Assembly: GCA_964442605.1 (NCBI GenBank)
Contig: CAYTZR010000002.1
Coordinates: 11,387-75,386, forward strand
From: an uncultured Oscillospiraceae bacterium
GTDB lineage: Bacteria; Bacillota; Clostridia; Monoglobales; Monoglobaceae
Reading direction: 5' to 3'
DNA: 64,000 bases
The notes under the pieces are model-generated. The model worked only from the letters and a program-made list of their open reading frames with translations, was not told where the DNA came from and did not search any database. Each line of letters starts with the position of its first letter. Position 1 is the first letter of the stretch. Below are positions 59,189-64,000 of this stretch, one piece after another. Both the position numbers and the translations under genes were made by a program.

Positions 59189-59275
59189 TTATTCGTTCTT
59201 ACACTTTTTTACGCCGAACATCAGTCTTAACATAACTCTTACCGGTTTTGGCGGTCTTACAACTACTATTTGCAT
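59189..59275 (-). CDS. spoVM: Stage V sporulation protein M (28 aa; below the ORF-track cutoff)
   Basis: AAGGAG RBS; MQIVVVRPPKPVRVMLRLMFGVKKCKNE, with Pro9-Lys10 and an amphipathic pattern like SpoVM. Confidence 0.75.
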   Translation of the reverse strand: MQIVVVRPPKPVRVMLRLMFGVKKCKNE

Positions 59276-59299
59276 ATGTACAACTCCTTTAAAATATTT

Positions 59300-59482
59300 T
59301 TATTTCATAACAAACCATACTCCGGCGGCTATAAGGGCTATGCCGAATATGATAATAAGCATATATGCCGGTATGAGATTTGCGAGAAATATCCCCGCGC
59401 CCAGAGAAATCAATATCGGACCCAGAAGCCTTACGCAATGCTTTTTATTGTTCTTGCGATTATTTCTGAACACGGTTTTCAC
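59300..59482 (-). CDS. Small two-TM membrane protein upstream of spoVM
   Basis: Basic N-terminus and hydrophobic hairpin; possible alternative GTG start at 59473. Confidence 0.6.
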   Translation of the reverse strand: MKTVFRNNRKNNKKHCVRLLGPILISLGAGIFLANLIPAYMLIIIFGIALIAAGVWFVMK

Positions 59483-59631
59483 CTGCCTTAGTATAATATA
59501 TTCAAAAACTTTGCTTTGGTTACGAATTTAATTTCATATTTGAGAGTTTATCCGCATATCATCTAATAAATTAAATGATTATGCCGGTATACTAAAGTAA
59601 GATAGTGTAAAGTAAGAAGGAGGAAATAAAA

Positions 59632-61095
59632 ATGCGAGATAACTTGTATAACGATATTGCACTGAGGACTCAGGGTGATATTTATATTGGGGTGGTGGGA
59701 CCGGTGCGAACAGGAAAATCCACATTTATCAAAAGGTTCATGGATTTACTTGTGCTACCTAATATAGGAAACGACTACAAGCGCGAAAGGGCAATGGACG
59801 AACTGCCGCAGTCAGCGGCGGGAAAAATGATTATGACGACTGAGCCCAAATTTATTCCAAACGAGGCGGCGCAGATAACGATTGGCAATCATGCCAGTCT
59901 TAAGGTTAGAATGATTGACTGTGTTGGTTACATTGTTCCGAGCGCTCTCGGACATATAGAAAATGAGATGCCGCGAATGGTTATGACGCCATGGTCGGCA
60001 AATCCTATGCAGTTTGAACAGGCTGCGGAAATCGGTACGCGAAAGGTAATATCTGAGCACTCAACCGTTGGCGTTGTTGTTACTACGGACGGAAGTATAA
60101 CCGACATTCCGCGTGAGGATTATGAGAGCGCGGAGGAACGTGTGATTAACGAGCTGTCCGCGATGAAAAAGCCGTTCGTCATACTTTTAAACACAGTAAA
60201 TCCGCACACCGAAAGCGTGAAAAATTTGGCAAACGCACTGTGTTCAAAGTACGGAGCAACGGTGATACCTGTGAGTTGCTCGGAAATGACGCAGGAGGAT
60301 ATAAACGGTATCATGGAAAAAATATTGTATGAATTTCCATTGATGGAGCTGTCCGTATCGGTTCCCAAATGGCTTAGCTCCGTGGACAACAGCGATATAG
60401 CCGAGGAAATATACAGTGTTATGGAAAACGCGAATAAGATTTCCGACATCAAAGGACTGCCTGAAATTTTACGGGAGGAATGCGGGTTTGTCAGCAGCGC
60501 TAGTATAGCGGAGGTCAATCCCGGTTATGGCGAGGCAAGGATAGAAATAAGCGTTCCCGACAGTCTGTTTTATAAGACTCTAAACGAGAGATCGGGTCTT
60601 GAAATAAACGATCGTCAGGCGCTTTTAAGGACGCTTGAGGAGCTTGCGGGGATGAAGCGGAAATATGAAAAGGTTGCCTGCGCTCTCGATGAGGTTGAAA
60701 GAAAGGGCTATGGCATAGTCTATCCATCAATCGATGAGCTGTCGCTCGAGGAGCCCGAAATCATCAAGCAGGGCAGCAGGTTTGGTGTGCGCCTAAAGGC
60801 AGGCGCTACCTCGGTACATATGATAAAAGCGGATATAAAGACAGAGGTAAGTCCGCTGGTTGGAACAGAGCGTCAATCGGAGGAACTTGTTGAGTATCTT
60901 ATGAGGGGCTTTGAGGATGATCCAAAGCAAATATGGCAATCCAATATTTTCGGAAAGTCACTGCATGAGCTTGTGAACGAGGGCTTACATAACAAGCTTG
61001 CTAAAATGCCTGATGATGCTCAACAAAAGCTGCGCGAAACCTTGGAACGCATAATCAACGAGGGCAGCGGCGGATTGATTTGTATCATATTGTAG
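59632..61095 (+). CDS. spoIVA: Stage IV sporulation protein A
   Basis: GVVGPVRTGKSTFIKRF, DELPQSA, MTTEPKF, IDCVGY, NEGSGGLICIIL. Confidence 0.97.
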   Translation: MRDNLYNDIALRTQGDIYIGVVGPVRTGKSTFIKRFMDLLVLPNIGNDYKRERAMDELPQSAAGKMIMTTEPKFIPNEAAQITIGNHASLKVRMIDCVGYIVPSALGHIENEMPRMVMTPWSANPMQFEQAAEIGTRKVISEHSTVGVVVTTDGSITDIPREDYESAEERVINELSAMKKPFVILLNTVNPHTESVKNLANALCSKYGATVIPVSCSEMTQEDINGIMEKILYEFPLMELSVSVPKWLSSVDNSDIAEEIYSVMENANKISDIKGLPEILREECGFVSSASIAEVNPGYGEARIEISVPDSLFYKTLNERSGLEINDRQALLRTLEELAGMKRKYEKVACALDEVERKGYGIVYPSIDELSLEEPEIIKQGSRFGVRLKAGATSVHMIKADIKTEVSPLVGTERQSEELVEYLMRGFEDDPKQIWQSNIFGKSLHELVNEGLHNKLAKMPDDAQQKLRETLERIINEGSGGLICIIL

Positions 61096-61108
61096 AGGTT
61101 AAGGCTTA

Positions 61109-62239
61109 TTAAGTCAGGTTATATATAGAGTCAAACACAAGTTCCCTGTCCCATGCTTCTATGGCGGCAGGGTTGTTTTTTATTCCGTTTCTGTTTTTTG
61201 CGAGAGGCAGTGAGGCGGTATTTTTGGCTATGTGCAGCAAATTCTGTCCCTGCTTGTTAAAATCAAGGATTTTTATATACTGAGGAAGCTTGTTTGTGTC
61301 ATCGTTTGTTATGCCCAAAAAGCAATTTATAAGTATTCGCCTGATACGGCTGTGGGCGTAGCGCTTTGATTTAATATTCCCGCAGAGTTCATTGAAAGAA
61401 CGTGAAATGAACGCCGCACTTTTAATCTTATTTTGCAGCCCCTCGTTAACATCGGGAGTATTTTTTATTGTGTTGGCATCAGATAATAATATATTGGATA
61501 TAATTGCCGAACCGAGTTTTTCTATATCATGAATTTTAGCATCCGTGTATATATCACGCAGGTTTTTGGGGACAGCGTTTAACGCTTCCGTTTTGTTACG
61601 CGGCAATTCACGGCGAACAGCGGTTGCGCTCGCTATAGTCCCGTTTATATCAATGTCGTTATGGCGCGATATATGACGTTTTATCAATTCAGGCTTTATT
61701 TTACTGTTCAGCTTGTTCAGACATTTTATATATTCAATCGCGAGAATGTTGTTCGGTTCGCTAAGCAGAACGCTGTATTCGCTGCCAAGTACACGCGCGA
61801 TGGCAGAGGAGCGGGCTGAAAAGTAAGGCTTGCCGAGACTTAATTCATATTTTAGAGCTGAGCTGTATTCGGCTGTTTCATTTGTCAAGAGTGACGCGAT
61901 TATCTTTAGCTTCTTAATATCTTCGCACTCCGTTCCGAAAGCCAGACCGTCGATTATTCCGAGAGAATTTAAAATATATACGGAGTTAAACGCAAATCTC
62001 TCGGCAGTTTGAACCGCGTAAACGGTGGGCAGCTCCAAAACTAAGTCCATACCGTTTAATACCGCTGCTCTCGCTCTGATATTTTTGTCAAATAACGCTA
62101 TGTCGCCTCTTTGGGTATAGTTTCCGCTCATTATTCCTATAACGGCATCATAGCCGCGATTTTTTTTAATAACATCGATCTGATATTTATGTCCGTTGTG
62201 AAAGGGGTTATATTCACAGACAATTCCACATATTTTCAA
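61109..62239 (-). CDS. tmcAL: HIGH-family nucleotidyltransferase / tRNA(Met) cytidine acetate ligase
   Basis: EYNPFHNGH, MSGNYTQRG, PNNILAIEY, ASATAVR, KSKRYAHSRIRR. Confidence 0.88.
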   Translation of the reverse strand: MKICGIVCEYNPFHNGHKYQIDVIKKNRGYDAVIGIMSGNYTQRGDIALFDKNIRARAAVLNGMDLVLELPTVYAVQTAERFAFNSVYILNSLGIIDGLAFGTECEDIKKLKIIASLLTNETAEYSSALKYELSLGKPYFSARSSAIARVLGSEYSVLLSEPNNILAIEYIKCLNKLNSKIKPELIKRHISRHNDIDINGTIASATAVRRELPRNKTEALNAVPKNLRDIYTDAKIHDIEKLGSAIISNILLSDANTIKNTPDVNEGLQNKIKSAAFISRSFNELCGNIKSKRYAHSRIRRILINCFLGITNDDTNKLPQYIKILDFNKQGQNLLHIAKNTASLPLAKNRNGIKNNPAAIEAWDRELVFDSIYNLT

Positions 62240-62280
62240 AACGCTCACCTCATAAATAATATATAAATAATATATTAATA

Positions 62281-62304
62281 AAATAAGCGGGATATTCTCC
62301 CGCT
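62281..62304 (-). terminator. Terminator after proC
   Basis: AGCGGGA-GAATA-TCCCGCT-TATTT on the minus strand. Confidence 0.55.
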
Positions 62305-62311
62305 CGAATTT

Positions 62312-63106
62312 CTACTTTGACATTTTTTCGGCTTTTTCTATGCAGGCATCGATTGCGCTTTGTACAGAGGCTCTGAACCCGTTTTTTTCCAAATCGCATA
62401 CCGCCGCTATCGTGGTTCCGCCGGGAGAACAAACATTGTCTTTAAGCTTCATTGGGTGTTCATCAGATGAGAGCACCATTTTTGCGCTTCCTTCAACGGC
62501 TTTCGCGGCAAGCTTTAATGCTGTACTCTTCGGAATGCCATACTTTACGCCGCTGTCAGCCATAGCATCGATAAGCATAAAAATATACGCAGGGCTGCTG
62601 CTGTGCAGCGCTATTGCAGCGTTCATATAATTTTCATCAAGGAATACGGTCTCGCCTACACTGCCGAACATATCTTCGATAAGGAGATTTTCATCGGGGA
62701 GAGTATTCTTGTTTGGTGTTATAACCGTCATACCACAGCCAACAAGAGCCGGTGTATTGGGCATGACCCTGACTATTTTTTTGTCGCTCCCTAAACCGTT
62801 TTCCAAGGTATCAAGGGTTATTCCGGCTGCTATAGAAACATAAAGCTTGCTGTCAAAGCCCTTGAGTTCTCTTAGAATGAATGGTACAATATTTGGTTTC
62901 ACAGCGAGTATAATAATATCAGAGTCAGCCTCAAGCTCGGCAGTGCCGGACATTGGAGCTATACCGAAATTATTTTGCAGTTCATTAAGCCTCGGCGCAT
63001 ACGAATCATAAACCGATATATCTTCAGCCTTATATTTTCCTGAGGTAATAAAGCCGGAGATTAAAGCGGTTCCCATATTTCCTCCGCCTATAAATCCAAT
63101 TTTCAT
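62312..63106 (-). CDS. proC: Pyrroline-5-carboxylate reductase
   Basis: GFIGGGNMG, AVKP, RVMPNTP, VCSPGGTTI. Confidence 0.96.
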   Translation of the reverse strand: MKIGFIGGGNMGTALISGFITSGKYKAEDISVYDSYAPRLNELQNNFGIAPMSGTAELEADSDIIILAVKPNIVPFILRELKGFDSKLYVSIAAGITLDTLENGLGSDKKIVRVMPNTPALVGCGMTVITPNKNTLPDENLLIEDMFGSVGETVFLDENYMNAAIALHSSSPAYIFMLIDAMADSGVKYGIPKSTALKLAAKAVEGSAKMVLSSDEHPMKLKDNVCSPGGTTIAAVCDLEKNGFRASVQSAIDACIEKAEKMSK

Positions 63107-63123
63107 AACGTACTCCTTATATT

Positions 63124-63999
63124 CTAAACCGTAAGCTCAACCTCTTCGGCAACATCGTTGTCACGAAGCGCCGGTTCAACATACTCATCAATAAATTCCT
63201 GAACTTGGCTTTCACATCTGCCGATAAAGTTTTCGGGCTTCAGGATGCTGTCAATATCTTCATGAGTCAGATTGAAAGAAGGGTCGGCAACAATTCTGTC
63301 AATTAGGTCGTTGCTTCCGCCCTGCTCTTTTACAACCCGTCCGGCTTCCATCGAATGTTGGCGTATACGTTCATGCAGTTCCTGACGGTCGCCGCCGTTC
63401 TTTACAGCGTCCATCATAATATTTTCGGTTGCCATAAAGGGCAGCTCCGACATAATTCGGTTATTTATAACCTTAGGGTATACAACCAGTCCCGAGGCTA
63501 CGTTCATGTAGATATTTAATATAGCGTCAACGGCCAAAAATCCCTCTGCGACACTCAGCCGCTTGTTGGCGGAATCGTCAAGAGTTCTCTCAAACCATTG
63601 AGTAGAGGAGGTAATCGCGGGATTTACAGCATCAACCAGAACGTATCTTGCCAGCGAGCATATACGTTCACTGCGCATAGGGTTACGCTTATATGCCATG
63701 GCGGATGAACCGATTTGCGATTTTTCAAACGGTTCCTCAATCTCTTTGAGATGCTGAAGCAGTCTTATATCGTTTGCAAATTTATATGCGCTCTGGGCAA
63801 CATTGCTGAGCACAGACAGCATATGATAGTCAACCTTTCTTGAATAGGTTTGACCCGATACCGGATAGTAGTGTGAGTAGCCCATTTTTTCACAAATTTT
63901 CTTGTCAAGCTCTTTAACCTTTTCAATATCGTTATCAAAGAGTTCCATAAAGCTTGCCTGTGTTCCGGTGGTTCCCTTGCAGCCGAGAAGCGCCTTGCG
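63124..63999 (-). CDS. purB: Adenylosuccinate lyase (5' part outside the window)
   Basis: GCKGTTGTQASF at the edge, SGQTYSRK, GSSAMAYKRNPMRSE, WFERTLDDSA. Confidence 0.95.
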   Translation of the reverse strand, partial: RKALLGCKGTTGTQASFMELFDNDIEKVKELDKKICEKMGYSHYYPVSGQTYSRKVDYHMLSVLSNVAQSAYKFANDIRLLQHLKEIEEPFEKSQIGSSAMAYKRNPMRSERICSLARYVLVDAVNPAITSSTQWFERTLDDSANKRLSVAEGFLAVDAILNIYMNVASGLVVYPKVINNRIMSELPFMATENIMMDAVKNGGDRQELHERIRQHSMEAGRVVKEQGGSNDLIDRIVADPSFNLTHEDIDSILKPENFIGRCESQVQEFIDEYVEPALRDNDVAEEVELTV

Positions 64000-64000
64000 C

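Overview
A 64-kb stretch of core chromosome from a spore-forming, probably pectin-degrading member of the Clostridia (inferred from spoIVA/spoVM/yunB/ytfJ, sigmaA-type promoters, SLH and Cu-amine-oxidase-N surface proteins, and a large PL1 pectate lyase). It contains a secA-prfB-prfA-sua5::ywlE-rimI-tsaD operon, a purine operon (purL-punA-luxS-mtaD-purE-purM-purN-purO-like-purH), tRNA-Arg(CCG), eno, gatCAB, mtrB-pyk, lysA-scpAB-ytfIJ-dacB, spoIVA, tmcAL, proC and a partial purB. No CRISPR array, rRNA, transposase or integrase was seen. The most notable observations are: (1) the prfB +1 frameshift site reads CTT-TAA-C rather than CTT-TGA-C, and prfA follows 17 nt after prfB, suggesting a joint RF1/RF2 feedback loop; (2) a nucleoside phosphorylase with an altered 5'-binding segment, LuxS and an SAH/MTA deaminase sit inside the pur operon, suggesting Pfs-independent SAH recycling; (3) two unrelated secreted carbohydrate-active proteins share an ~80-aa module (AAxYENGVL...FDKE...W...P) that I cannot assign, a candidate surface-anchoring or sorting domain; (4) eno lies just 3' of the tRNA between 56-bp inverted repeats, together with an iteron-like origin remnant; (5) a Shine-Dalgarno is bridged to its start codon by a hairpin in front of a CNNM/CorB gene; (6) a spoVM missing from the ORF track lies divergent from spoIVA, and short tandem duplications are pervasive, one of which helped inactivate an MBL-hydrolase gene. 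All assignments come from reading the sequence; no searches were run.
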